A stretch of 53,907 nucleotides of DNA, taken from NCBI GenBank assembly GCA_031426555.1, contig JANPLN010000071.1, positions 1-53,907 on the forward strand, in the 5' to 3' direction. A program made the position numbers and the translations under genes. Below, one piece after another: positions 44,319 to 53,864 of the stretch. The notes under the pieces are model-generated. The model saw only the letters and a list, made by a program, of their open reading frames with translations. It was not told the DNA's origin and searched no databases. This DNA comes from Bdellovibrionales bacterium (GTDB lineage: Bacteria; Bdellovibrionota; Bdellovibrionia; Bdellovibrionales; JAGQZY01). Every line of letters starts with the position of its first letter. Within the stretch, counting starts at the first letter, position 1.

Positions 44319-45065
44319 GTGATGACCATATTAGGTATAGTGCAGGTCGCATTTAATATTCTTTTCTTCGCGGGAATCGCTCTTTGCTTCATTAAGTTGA
44401 AGGGGCGTCGTGAGGAAGATCCTCGCCTCAGTTACGGTCTTAAGCTCTTGCAAAACAAAATCGCGGTGCTTGAAGATCTTTCTGATAAGACGGAGCTTCA
44501 GGTAAAGCAGTTGGTGATCTTGCTGGAGTCTAAAATGCGCGATCTTCAGCACAAAGTGACTGCCGCTGATACGCAAATGGCGCGCATCGATCACTCGATG
44601 AACAAAACCATGGAAGTGGCGCACATCTTTCAGGACCAAGTTCCCCACGAACAAATCATGGAACGTAAAACCACCAATAAGTATATCAATGCGGCCCGCA
44701 TGGCCCATCAGGGGTTGTCGTTTCAGGATATTCAGCAGCAAGTGGATCTTCCGCATGCCGAGCTGGATTTGATCGTAAAGCTGAACCGTGAGCAGCTGAT
44801 GTTTTCGGAAGATCATTTACCGGCTTGGGTCGATAAAAATACAGCCGGCAAGAACACAACCGACAAGAACACAGCCGGCAAGCATCCGGTGGAGACCAAT
44901 CAGAACATTTTTGTTCCTCCGCAGGTAGACATCGCTTCCTTGGAAAAGCTCGGGCAGGAATTTAAACAGGCTTGCAAGGACTTTGAACAAAAAATCAAAC
45001 CTGCAGCAAAAGCCGAACCCGAAGTTGTTCCCTATCAGTTTAAGAAGATGAACGAGCACTACTAG
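44319..45065 (+). CDS. Membrane-anchored coiled-coil protein, DUF2802-like
   Basis: N-terminal TM helix, coiled coil, 'YINAARMAHQG...LPHAELDLI' HTH-like motif. Confidence 0.7.
   Translation: MMTILGIVQVAFNILFFAGIALCFIKLKGRREEDPRLSYGLKLLQNKIAVLEDLSDKTELQVKQLVILLESKMRDLQHKVTAADTQMARIDHSMNKTMEVAHIFQDQVPHEQIMERKTTNKYINAARMAHQGLSFQDIQQQVDLPHAELDLIVKLNREQLMFSEDHLPAWVDKNTAGKNTTDKNTAGKHPVETNQNIFVPPQVDIASLEKLGQEFKQACKDFEQKIKPAAKAEPEVVPYQFKKMNEHY
44832..44882 (+). repeat. In-frame 15-bp tandem repeat (about 3.4 copies)
   Basis: GATAAAAATACAGCC GGCAAGAACACAACC GACAAGAACACAGCC GGCAAG, encoding DKNTA-GKNTT-DKNTA-GK. Confidence 0.8.
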
Positions 45066-45076
45066 AGATCACAGGC

Positions 45077-45301
45077 ATGCGAATGCACTCCAGCCAAAAA
45101 CTAAAAATGCATTACAAGATCGGCGACCACCTGCAGGTGAAGGTCATCGAACGTGTGGATAAAGATGCGTGGATTGTGAGTTTGCAAGGTTTGTTGATTC
45201 AAGTGCGCAATTCAACCGCACAGCCCCTCAAAGAGGGCGACGTCATTCTGATGCGATTGGTGTCGTTAGATCCACCCAAAATGAGCTGGATCGAAAAGTA
45301 A
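45077..45301 (+). CDS. Small beta-rich hypothetical protein
   Basis: Follows the DUF2802-like gene; OB-fold-like pattern (KIGD..VKVI; LKEGDVI). Confidence 0.55.
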   Translation: MRMHSSQKLKMHYKIGDHLQVKVIERVDKDAWIVSLQGLLIQVRNSTAQPLKEGDVILMRLVSLDPPKMSWIEK

Positions 45302-45305
45302 CTGC

Positions 45306-45806
45306 TTACTTCGCGCTTTCTTTGATAAAACGAGACATGTAGTAGCGAACCAAGAAGTCGATTTTTAACGACTGGTCGTTGTAAGTCCACACAAGGTCCC
45401 CAAAGGGTCCCCACTTGGCCACCAATTGATCTTCGGACGGATCCACTTCTTTGTCGTTCGCTGGAGCGCCAGGTACAAATGTGGCTCCCACATACAAAAA
45501 GCGAATGGAAATTTGACCAGGGCGTTTCAACGCAAAAATTAATTTAAAGCCATTACGAAACAACATAAAGTCGGCTTCGGTGTTGGAAATTCCGTAAACT
45601 TTGATGCGCCCGAGGGGTGAGCTCTTCAGCTGATTGAATGTGGTCACAGTATCTACAAAGCAGACTTTGAGATCATTTAAAAATTGTAGCGACTCTTCGG
45701 CCAGTAGTTTTTGTGGATCAAACCCAGCATTGAAGTCGATCATGCCAGACTCTTCCATGTCTTGCTCTGCACGAACTAAATCTTTTATCCAAGTAATTTT
45801 ATCCAT
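45306..45806 (-). CDS. Hypothetical protein
   Basis: Start reassigned to ATG 45806 (MDKITW, GGGGAG RBS); TTGACA-N16-TACTAT promoter at 45874-45847. Confidence 0.75.
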   Translation of the reverse strand: MDKITWIKDLVRAEQDMEESGMIDFNAGFDPQKLLAEESLQFLNDLKVCFVDTVTTFNQLKSSPLGRIKVYGISNTEADFMLFRNGFKLIFALKRPGQISIRFLYVGATFVPGAPANDKEVDPSEDQLVAKWGPFGDLVWTYNDQSLKIDFLVRYYMSRFIKESAK

Positions 45807-45880
45807 CGGAACTCCCCAAGCTCTGTTGGCACAGAGCACTATTTCTATAGTATCCAAGGGATAATTCTTGTCAAGAGAGC

Positions 45881-45904
45881 TGAAAGGGGAGGCGCCCCCT
45901 TTCA
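45881..45904 (-). terminator. Hairpin after ssb
   Basis: TGAAAGGGG-AGGCGC-CCCCTTTCA. Confidence 0.6.
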
Positions 45905-45911
45905 ACGGTTT

Positions 45912-46328
45912 TTAGTTAAAAACGGCCGTGTTTTCTTGGTCCCAGGAGGTCTCCTCGTTTTCGGTCTCTTTGTCGGCATCCTTTTCTGTGTCCTCGGGAT
46001 CCGCATTTATGGCGACTTCCGCCGTTCGAACTCCCAAGAAATGCACATCCATGGCCACAACCAGGGTTTTGTCGTCTTTGCCGTTTTCCAAAAAACCTTC
46101 CACAGCGAGCGGCGTTCCTTTATCTAAAAACCGTTCGCACAGTTCGGCTTTTCGACCCCACACGAGAATTGAGTGCCAATCTGTTTTTTTATCCCAGTTG
46201 CCTTCGTTGTACGAGTACCGGTTTGTGGCAATTTTTAAAAACGAAAACACCTTTCCGTTTTTGTTAGTGTGCAATTTGGGTTTTCGCACCAAATTACCGG
46301 CTAAAAATATCTTGTTTATCCCATTCAT
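45912..46328 (-). CDS. ssb: Single-stranded DNA-binding protein
   Basis: Start ATG 46328 after AAGGAG; INKIFLAGNL, IATN, TDWHSILVWG, KGTPLAVEG OB-fold motifs; acidic tail. Confidence 0.88.
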   Translation of the reverse strand: MNGINKIFLAGNLVRKPKLHTNKNGKVFSFLKIATNRYSYNEGNWDKKTDWHSILVWGRKAELCERFLDKGTPLAVEGFLENGKDDKTLVVAMDVHFLGVRTAEVAINADPEDTEKDADKETENEETSWDQENTAVFN

Positions 46329-46501
46329 CTTATCTCCTTTTGCGCGCTTGTTAAGGGCGCACTCAGGGGATCTTGCAATGTGAGGCCGATCACCTCGCCG
46401 ACCAATGAGCAGTTGAAGGGCCTTTGTTTGATTTTCGAATTCGGCGATCCTGAAATTCCTATGTTTTGTAGGACGAGCTAAGATGTCGAAAAGTATTTGC
46501 A

Positions 46502-49387
46502 CTAAAGCTTAAACACAAAAAAGTAGCTGAGGTCGTCGGTGGCGAGATCGCGGTTATTCCCGCGATAGACGCCAAAACTCAAAGTCACTGGAACATAATA
46601 TCCCAGCGTGCATTCCACGTTGAGTTCGGCGCCGTAACCCAGATACCAATCATCGCCAAAGCGATCCACAAGGTATCCGTTTAAACGGTTGGAGTACCGA
46701 AGTCCGTCTAAGCTGACCACATCCGAAACCACTGCGCCGTGCAGACGTTTTACAAAAAATGGGATTGTATCGGAACCGCGATACACCCGGGTGATGGGAA
46801 AGCGATACTCCAAATTTGCAGCCAACATATTATAACCAAGAATCGTTCCCGAGTTGTAACCACGAACTAAAAACGGCGGGATTAACAAATTGTTAAAAAA
46901 GTTACCGTTAAGAGTACTGGTATAAAAATCGATGGGGCGAATTGTACCAACTCTTTCGAGCTCCGGTGCGTAGGTTCCATTGAGTTGAAAAAATAAAACG
47001 TTGCGCTCAGGAAGCCACTTGGAAAGATAAGTTTTAAAACTAAAATTGCTTTTGTCATAGCCGATGTTCCCTAAGCTTTCGATGTACGATTGATGGCTTA
47101 CCGAAGTACTCACGCCCGTTTCCGGAGAGATTTCGTAGCCCCGTTGAATGGCGTTGTTAAAACCCAAAGTCACCAGGGGACCATTTCGACGAAAGATTCC
47201 ATAGCTCAACTCAGTTTCGCTGCTTCGCCAGCTAACCCCCAAATTCCAGGTGCGAAACATAAATGGAATATTGTACGAACCGCTCACCATGCCCGAAGTG
47301 TCACGAAGAGCAGATTCTGTGGTGTAGTTGTAGCGATACACTTGGCTGGCACTTAACCCAAAGGTGATGGGTGTTGAATTGTTAATGTAGCCCGCAGTGA
47401 CACCCGTCTTTTTGGTCAGAGTGTCCCACTCGGCCATCAGGCTGTAGGCATTTTTACCAAGCGGATCGGCAGAGCCAGTGCTGGCGGTAAAACTCATACC
47501 GCCATCGAGCACGTTGGCAAAGGGCATCCAGTAGCGCGGCCAAAGATAGGGCCATGGCGAAAAGTCTTCTTCCTTTTCTCCAAAGGTCAGAGGTTCGTTT
47601 GTTGTGGCAAGTGAGTTGGCTTTGAGATCTGGAATTCTTACTAACGGCGCAACCTTAGGGGCTTGTTTGATCTGTTGCCAGTCCTCTAATTTTTGCGAAA
47701 AAACAAAGTGGCCGTCTGATTTTTGCTCCGAAAAGTAAAGCGCTCCATCTTTGGGGTCGATATCACCATCCAAAATCCGCGTGAGCGAGTTTGTGATGGG
47801 CCGAGAGAGTTGAACTTTTTCCGGCGAATTCAAAGAATCCACCAAGTACAAGTTGTCCACTCCCGACTGAGAGGAGGTCACCAAATAACCACGGGCTGAT
47901 TTATGCAAAGACGAAATCAGAATATTTTCTTGAACGGTGGTGGCGGTTTTTGATTGAGGATTTAAGGATTTCAAAGATCTTTTTTCTGCATACTGTTCGA
48001 CAAAAAATAACTGCTCGCCTTCGAAAACTAAGCTGTAAAGATTAGTGCCGATTCTTTCGGGAGTGTAAACCGTCGAGATGGTTTTTTGCGCTAAGTTTAA
48101 ACGCGCCAAGCGTTTTGAGCCTGGTGTATTCTGCACAAAATAAATCATATCGCCAGCGGGGGAAAAAGTCAGATTTCCAACGCGCGCTCCGGCGGTGAGT
48201 TTGGTGGTTTTTTTGCTTTGTAAATCATAAACGCGAATGTCGCTGTATTCGTAAAACCGCTTAAAATTTTCCACGCCGTTGTAGGCGATTTTTTTGGAAT
48301 CGGGCGACCACGCCAAATCGCTGATGTCGACGCCGAAAGCGATTTGCGCAGGCTCACTTTGCAGAAATGAGTTTTGCGAATTTCGCGCGCGCAATTGGAT
48401 GGCCGTGGGAACATTGTGATCGCGCGCAATCATGGCCAGGTGCGATCCGTCGGGAGAAAAAGCCGGGCGTGAGTTAAAAAAACCCTGCTCGTTGAGCAAT
48501 GCGCCCTTGCTCACGGTGGCGGTGGACAAAATTTGAACTAGTTCATCCGTGCGGCTTTGCAGCTTTTTGTAGGTTGCTGCTAAAAGACCTGCGTAATCTT
48601 TTTGCGTTTTATCGTCGACGGGGGCGTTAATAAAGTAGGGAACGCGGCGAGAGTAGGTTTGGTTGAGCTCGTCGATGGTTTGAGTGCCGTAAGACGTTGC
48701 CAATTCATGCAAAAGCGCGCCGCCGAGCAAGTAGGCTCTTCGGCCGCCAAGCCAGTCAGGTTCAAAATCATTCAGGGTGTCGATGGGGTATTTGTTCCAC
48801 TGCTTATCAATGCTGATGGCGCGCACCATTCCCTCAAAGTTCTGTGAGCGCAGCCGCCCTCCGCGCGGTGTGAAATAGGACTCCGTAAACACAGCAAGGC
48901 CCTCAGTATACCAGCGAGGCAAGTACCCATTTGGTCGAACAATGGAGCCAAACACCCAGCTGAGGGCCCGCATGCCGCCGTGCACAGGATGTAAATTTAA
49001 AATATGTGTGTATTCGTGTGCCAGGATTTCGTAGAGGGAATCGTCGGTTTCACCGATGGGCGAATTGGGCAAGGGAATGACGGGATAGATGGTGATAAGC
49101 GGGTAGGGAAACACCGTCGCAGATCCGTTGGGACGATCGGTGAAATCAGAAATAACGAATGTTGTTTTCTCGGGCAGCTCGTGAAACACGCTCTGGATCT
49201 CGGGAAGAAGGCGACGAAAGTTTTTAGCGTACTGTTCCACGAGGGCGCGGTGGCGCGAATCGTAAATCCAAATCGCTCGGTCGTCCTCTTGGACTTTCCA
49301 GTCAATGGCGGGATCGACTTGTGCAAATGAGGTTGATAAAATGAGCACAGAAAAAATTTGCTGCAGTAAAAAAGATGATAAATTCAT
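46502..49387 (-). CDS. Outer-membrane protein: zinc metallopeptidase-like domain, TolB-like propeller and Omp85-like barrel
   Basis: Signal peptide; AHEYTH (HExxH) plus WYTEGLA; FSPDG/WSPDS/FSPAG repeats; VRGY, EYRFPI, GYGAEL barrel motifs. Confidence 0.78.
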   Translation of the reverse strand: MNLSSFLLQQIFSVLILSTSFAQVDPAIDWKVQEDDRAIWIYDSRHRALVEQYAKNFRRLLPEIQSVFHELPEKTTFVISDFTDRPNGSATVFPYPLITIYPVIPLPNSPIGETDDSLYEILAHEYTHILNLHPVHGGMRALSWVFGSIVRPNGYLPRWYTEGLAVFTESYFTPRGGRLRSQNFEGMVRAISIDKQWNKYPIDTLNDFEPDWLGGRRAYLLGGALLHELATSYGTQTIDELNQTYSRRVPYFINAPVDDKTQKDYAGLLAATYKKLQSRTDELVQILSTATVSKGALLNEQGFFNSRPAFSPDGSHLAMIARDHNVPTAIQLRARNSQNSFLQSEPAQIAFGVDISDLAWSPDSKKIAYNGVENFKRFYEYSDIRVYDLQSKKTTKLTAGARVGNLTFSPAGDMIYFVQNTPGSKRLARLNLAQKTISTVYTPERIGTNLYSLVFEGEQLFFVEQYAEKRSLKSLNPQSKTATTVQENILISSLHKSARGYLVTSSQSGVDNLYLVDSLNSPEKVQLSRPITNSLTRILDGDIDPKDGALYFSEQKSDGHFVFSQKLEDWQQIKQAPKVAPLVRIPDLKANSLATTNEPLTFGEKEEDFSPWPYLWPRYWMPFANVLDGGMSFTASTGSADPLGKNAYSLMAEWDTLTKKTGVTAGYINNSTPITFGLSASQVYRYNYTTESALRDTSGMVSGSYNIPFMFRTWNLGVSWRSSETELSYGIFRRNGPLVTLGFNNAIQRGYEISPETGVSTSVSHQSYIESLGNIGYDKSNFSFKTYLSKWLPERNVLFFQLNGTYAPELERVGTIRPIDFYTSTLNGNFFNNLLIPPFLVRGYNSGTILGYNMLAANLEYRFPITRVYRGSDTIPFFVKRLHGAVVSDVVSLDGLRYSNRLNGYLVDRFGDDWYLGYGAELNVECTLGYYVPVTLSFGVYRGNNRDLATDDLSYFFVFKL

Positions 49388-49428
49388 AATTTAATTAGAC
49401 GCATTTTTACGAGCGAAATCAAACTCTC

Positions 49429-49458
49429 TTGACAAGAAAGAGAAAAATTCAGGACAAT
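49429..49458 (+). promoter_or_regulatory. sigma-70-type promoter of the pal operon
   Basis: TTGACA-N18-GACAAT. Confidence 0.5.
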
Positions 49459-49491
49459 ACAAATGGAATTATCTAATACGAGGAGGAAATC

Positions 49492-50007
49492 ATGATTCGT
49501 AATACTCTAATGTTCGCATGCGCACTTTTACTTGTGATCGGTTGTTCGAGCAAAAAGAAGGCCGAAGAAACCACAGACTTAACAGGTGCAGCCACTGATG
49601 GCGCGACACTGAACGAGGCTGATATTCAAAATCGTGAGATGTCTCTCGACCCTTGTGGAAGCGATTGCGGAGCCATCCCCGGTTTAAAAACTGTGAATTT
49701 TGCCTACGACAGCTCAACTTTAACAGAGGAAGCCAAGGCGGTTCTTGCTGGAAATGCAGAGTGGCTTAAAACTAACAGCACAGGTATTCAAATCGAAGGC
49801 CATTGCGATGCAAAAGGCTCCGACGAATACAACCGTTCTCTAGGGGCTCGTCGCGCCGAAGTTGTAAAGTCGTATCTAAAAGGTTTAGGCGTCGATACTG
49901 CGCGTTTGAATACCATCAGCTGGGGCGAAGAAAAGCTATTGGCTCTTGGTGATGGCGATGGTGACAATGCAAAAAATCGTCGCGCTAACTTCGCACCAAC
50001 GAAATAA
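49492..50007 (+). CDS. pal: Peptidoglycan-associated lipoprotein (OmpA-like domain)
   Basis: Lipobox VIGC; VNFAYDS, IEGHCD, YNRSLGARRA, SWGEE, NRRA motifs. Confidence 0.92.
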   Translation: MIRNTLMFACALLLVIGCSSKKKAEETTDLTGAATDGATLNEADIQNREMSLDPCGSDCGAIPGLKTVNFAYDSSTLTEEAKAVLAGNAEWLKTNSTGIQIEGHCDAKGSDEYNRSLGARRAEVVKSYLKGLGVDTARLNTISWGEEKLLALGDGDGDNAKNRRANFAPTK

Positions 50008-50336
50008 TGGGCCCCAAGAGCGTGCTGAAAGCTCGTTGGCTTGGTTTCCCTTTCGTCATTCTTATTTTGTCCTCTTGCGTAACGGTTTCTATACCTGTGC
50101 AAGAGTACTCTTTGGCCAAGGCGGCTTACGAAGCCGCTGTCACCGCAGAATCAGCAAAATATGCTCCGCAGCTATTCTATAAGGCCGAAAAAGCGTATAA
50201 AAGAGGCGAACAGTTGTATAAGGAAAGAGACTTTGAAGGAGCTCGGGTTCAGTTTGTGAGTTCACAAAAATTATCCGAGAAAGCCGAGGATGAGTCTCGC
50301 GTAAAACAATTTAATTCGGGAGAAGAAGGTGGCTAG
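50007..50336 (+). CDS. Helical lipoprotein, DUF4398-like
   Basis: Lipobox LSSC; 'A..A..AA....A.KYAP' pattern. Confidence 0.65.
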   Translation: MGPKSVLKARWLGFPFVILILSSCVTVSIPVQEYSLAKAAYEAAVTAESAKYAPQLFYKAEKAYKRGEQLYKERDFEGARVQFVSSQKLSEKAEDESRVKQFNSGEEGG

Positions 50337-50988
50337 CCTTAAAGTTTTGTTCTTTGTAGTGATGCTTTTTACAGCAGGTTGTTTACAAACACGCTCCAAT
50401 CTGCGCGGTCAAACACCATCCACGCCCGGCGTGAAACCCACTGTAACTCCCCAGCAACAAAAAGCCGCGGAAGAAGCTGTGCAAAAAGAAGACGCCAATA
50501 AAGAATTTCGCGAGCTTTACGGACGCATTGAAAATGTCGAAAAACAACTCGGCGATACAAAAAGCAATGAGCCCGTGAAGGCACTCGAAATGAAAATTGC
50601 GCAAATGGAAACGGAACTCACGCTGTTGCGAACCACGGTTTCTGAGCTCAATGCCAAAGCGAAAAAAGACGCTTTGTTGATTTCGAGTGACGAGCGGGCT
50701 GGCAACCACCCTCAAAATCATCCCAAAGCGCATTTCAAAAGCCCTTTGTCCGACGCCACTCAGCACTTTGACAACAAAAAATGGGAAGACGCCATTTTGG
50801 CCTTCGAAGAGTATCGCAAGCACAATCCAAAAGGCGCGGAATATCCAGAAGCCACTCTAAAAATCGGCATGTGTTTTCAAAATATGAGCCTTAAGGACGA
50901 TGCAAAAGTTTTTTACAAAGAAGTTGTGGAAAAATTTCCGAAATCCAAGGAAGCCTCGGTCGCCAAGTCCAAACTTAAAAAGCTGTAG
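50329..50988 (+). CDS. cpoB: TPR lipoprotein, CpoB/YbgF-like
   Basis: Lipobox TAGC, coiled coil, C-terminal TPRs ending 'KFPKSKEA'; in the pal operon. Confidence 0.7.
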   Translation: MASLKVLFFVVMLFTAGCLQTRSNLRGQTPSTPGVKPTVTPQQQKAAEEAVQKEDANKEFRELYGRIENVEKQLGDTKSNEPVKALEMKIAQMETELTLLRTTVSELNAKAKKDALLISSDERAGNHPQNHPKAHFKSPLSDATQHFDNKKWEDAILAFEEYRKHNPKGAEYPEATLKIGMCFQNMSLKDDAKVFYKEVVEKFPKSKEASVAKSKLKKL

Positions 50989-51000
50989 TGTAAGGTCTGC

Positions 51001-52032
51001 ATGGACACACACACTTCTTTTACTCTCGCCATCGAAACGAGCTGCGACGACACATCCGTGGCTCTGGTTAATGATAATGGTTTTGTTCTATCGCAAATGA
51101 CAGCCAATCAAGATCTCGTCCACAAAGACTTCGGTGGCGTGGTTCCAGAAATCGCTGGACGGCAACACTACGAATCGCTTGTGCCGCTGATCGATCAACT
51201 TTTAATTAAAAACCACATCCCTTGGAGTGCTGTCAGTGGAATTGCCGTGACCAGTCGACCCGGTTTGGTGGGGTCGTTGATCGTTGGTTTAGTGACGGCA
51301 AAAACCTTGGCGCTGGTTCACAAAAAACCATTTATGGGTGTGCATCACATCGAAGGGCATATTCTGTCTGCTTTTCTCAACGAACAATCCCCCGAGACCA
51401 ATCAAATATGGCAAGACGCCTTTGTCGCTTTGGTTGTGAGCGGTGGGCACACGCAGCTTTATCATGTTTCGCAAATCGGGAAGTATGAAACCCTCGGCCA
51501 AACTCAAGACGATGCCGCTGGCGAGGCCTTCGATAAATTTGCAAAAATGTTAGGTCTTGGTTACCCAGGTGGCGTTCTGGTGGATCGCTATGCACAAAAA
51601 GGAAATCCAAAGGCTTATGAATTTCCGCGCAGTCTGATGAAAGAGGATCACTACAACTTTAGTTTTTCGGGCCTCAAGTCCCACGCTCAACGAAAGTTGG
51701 CTGAGATCGGCGAAGTGGCGCCGGTGCTTGAGGATCTTTCAGCCTCCTACCAAGAGGCCATCGTGGATGTGCTGATGTACAAACTCGAAAAAGCCCTGCG
51801 CAGTTTAAAACTTAAAAAATTTGTCATCACCGGTGGCGTAAGCGCCAACAGTCGCTTGCGCGAACAGGCACAGGAGTTAGCGAGCAAAAATAAATGGGAA
51901 GTAATGATACCACCATTAAAGTTTTGCACCGACAACGCCGCGATGATTGGCCTTGCTGGCGCTTTGCGATTAAAAAACGGGGAGTCTTCTCCTCAAACCC
52001 TGGGGCCCGCGCCGAGAGAAGAGTTGCGATGA
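51001..52032 (+). CDS. tsaD: tRNA t6A threonylcarbamoyltransferase
   Basis: IETSCDDT, GGVVPE, HHIEGH, VSGGHT, DDAAGEAFDK, TDNAAMI motifs. Confidence 0.96.
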   Translation: MDTHTSFTLAIETSCDDTSVALVNDNGFVLSQMTANQDLVHKDFGGVVPEIAGRQHYESLVPLIDQLLIKNHIPWSAVSGIAVTSRPGLVGSLIVGLVTAKTLALVHKKPFMGVHHIEGHILSAFLNEQSPETNQIWQDAFVALVVSGGHTQLYHVSQIGKYETLGQTQDDAAGEAFDKFAKMLGLGYPGGVLVDRYAQKGNPKAYEFPRSLMKEDHYNFSFSGLKSHAQRKLAEIGEVAPVLEDLSASYQEAIVDVLMYKLEKALRSLKLKKFVITGGVSANSRLREQAQELASKNKWEVMIPPLKFCTDNAAMIGLAGALRLKNGESSPQTLGPAPREELR

Positions 52033-52847
52033 CATCGTTGTATGGGGGCGAAATCAAACGCGTGAAAGATTTGTTAGAACTCATGGGCCGAGGGGCAAAA
52101 AAATCCCTCGGGCAAAATTTTTTAGTCAATTCGCAGAAAATCGATTTAATTATCAAAGAGCTGCAGTTTAATAAAATGCACAAGCTTCTCGAAGTGGGCC
52201 CGGGTTTAGGGGCGCTGACTTTACGTTTGAAGGATATTGATCCCGAGGTGTTGCTTGTAGAGATGGATCACCAATTTGCCGAGTATTGGAAAAGCCAAGG
52301 TTTCAATGTGGTGATCGAGGATGCTCTTAAGCTTGATTGGACGCAGCTAAAATTGAACAACACAACCCTGATTAGCAACCTGCCTTACCAGATCGCCGCC
52401 CGCTTGGTGATCGACCGCAGTGTGGACCCAGCGGGTTTATCCAACATGATTTTGATGTTTCAAAAAGAAGTGGCGCAACGACTCACCGGGAAACCCCGCA
52501 CCGAGCACTATAGCTTATTGTCGGTGGTGGCGCAGAGCTTTTGGAAAATGGAAAATTTAACGGATCTCGGTCCCAATGATTATTTTCCACCGCCCAAGGT
52601 GGCAAGTCGCGTGGTGATCTTCCGCAGGTTGGAAGCGACGTTCACGCAAAAACCGCAGGCTTACTTAAACTTTGTAAAGTTAAGTTTTTCGCAAAAGCGC
52701 AAGTTCCTTAAAAAGGCCCTTTCCACCAAATACGGTGAGGAAGCGGTTCTTAAGAACTTCGAACTGCTAAAGATATCGCCCAAAGCGCGTCCCGAAGAGC
52801 TCGACGTTTTGACATTTCAGCGCTTGTATCAGATGTTAGAGCCATGA
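52029..52847 (+). CDS. rsmA: 16S rRNA adenine dimethyltransferase KsgA
   Basis: Start ATG 52029 overlapping the tsaD stop; KSLGQNFL, EVGPGLG, SNLPYQI, MFQKEVA motifs. Confidence 0.95.
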   Translation: MTSLYGGEIKRVKDLLELMGRGAKKSLGQNFLVNSQKIDLIIKELQFNKMHKLLEVGPGLGALTLRLKDIDPEVLLVEMDHQFAEYWKSQGFNVVIEDALKLDWTQLKLNNTTLISNLPYQIAARLVIDRSVDPAGLSNMILMFQKEVAQRLTGKPRTEHYSLLSVVAQSFWKMENLTDLGPNDYFPPPKVASRVVIFRRLEATFTQKPQAYLNFVKLSFSQKRKFLKKALSTKYGEEAVLKNFELLKISPKARPEELDVLTFQRLYQMLEP

Positions 52848-53290
52848 AATTAGTGGCCGACAATAAAAAAGCCAGGTTCGACTTCGAGATCCTCGAGACC
52901 TACGAGGCCGGCGTGGTTTTGCGCGGGAGCGAAGTCAAATCCATTCGCAACGGTAGCGTCAACTTAAAGGACTCCTATGTTTCTTTTATCGGCGACGAAG
53001 CGTTTTTGCAAAATGCCCATATCAGCGTTTACCAGGCCAGCAGTTACAATAATCACGAGCCCGAGCGTTTACGCAAACTTTTACTCAACCGAAACGAGCT
53101 CAATAAAATTATCGCAAAAACCCGCGAACGGGGTTTGAGCTGTATTCCGTTAAAAATTTATTTTAAAGACGGTCGGATTAAACTTGAGATCGCCCTCTGC
53201 AAAGGCAAAAAGAGCCACGACAAACGCGATGCCATCAAAAAGCGCGATGTGGACCGCGAAACGCAAAACGCCATGAAGAAGGGACGATAG
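52844..53290 (+). CDS. smpB: SsrA-binding protein
   Basis: NKKARFDF, EAGVVLRGSEVKS, RKLLL, GKKSHDKR motifs. Confidence 0.97.
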   Translation: MKLVADNKKARFDFEILETYEAGVVLRGSEVKSIRNGSVNLKDSYVSFIGDEAFLQNAHISVYQASSYNNHEPERLRKLLLNRNELNKIIAKTRERGLSCIPLKIYFKDGRIKLEIALCKGKKSHDKRDAIKKRDVDRETQNAMKKGR

Positions 53291-53291
53291 C

Positions 53292-53864
53292 ATGTGGATG
53301 CTGTTATTAATCCTTACCGTTTTCGCCCAGGAGTCCGCCTCGACTCAAACTGCTGCACAAGCTCCGTCTTACGAGCAGGAGATTGCGCAGAAAAACAAAG
53401 TCACTGCCGAAACGAAAGCCCAGGATCAAAAATCCTTTTTCGATGAGATCAACGCAAAAACGCAAGAGGTGCTCCGTTACGCGCGCACCACAAAAACCGA
53501 ACTTGTTAAAAAACAAGAAGCGGTTCGCAAAGATTTCGAAGCCAGGCTCAAAGCCGAGGTGGAGCACGCGAAAAAACAAGATCCCAAAGCCAGCGTAGAG
53601 CCGCTTCGCAAAGCGGCCAACGAAAAACGCCGAGCCCTTTTCGAACAACTTAACAGCGAAAAAAAATCCCTAGAAAAAAACTTGGAAGATTTCAGAAGCC
53701 GCTTCAACGGCTTCGTAAAAACCCAAAGACAATCCTTCGGTGAACAATTAAAAACCCTTTCCGTAAGAGCCAACAACGTTAAAAAAGCCATCACCGAAAG
53801 CCCCATCCAGCAAGAGTTCCGCGACATCCCCCCCGGCCCCGCCACCCCCCTAAAACCCCAATAA
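53292..53864 (+). CDS. Secreted coiled-coil hypothetical protein
   Basis: Short signal peptide followed by a charged helical region. Confidence 0.65.
   Translation: MWMLLLILTVFAQESASTQTAAQAPSYEQEIAQKNKVTAETKAQDQKSFFDEINAKTQEVLRYARTTKTELVKKQEAVRKDFEARLKAEVEHAKKQDPKASVEPLRKAANEKRRALFEQLNSEKKSLEKNLEDFRSRFNGFVKTQRQSFGEQLKTLSVRANNVKKAITESPIQQEFRDIPPGPATPLKPQ

Noticed and set aside
46374..46388. sigma-54-like element upstream of ssb
   Set aside because: GG-to-GC spacing is 9 nt rather than the required 10.
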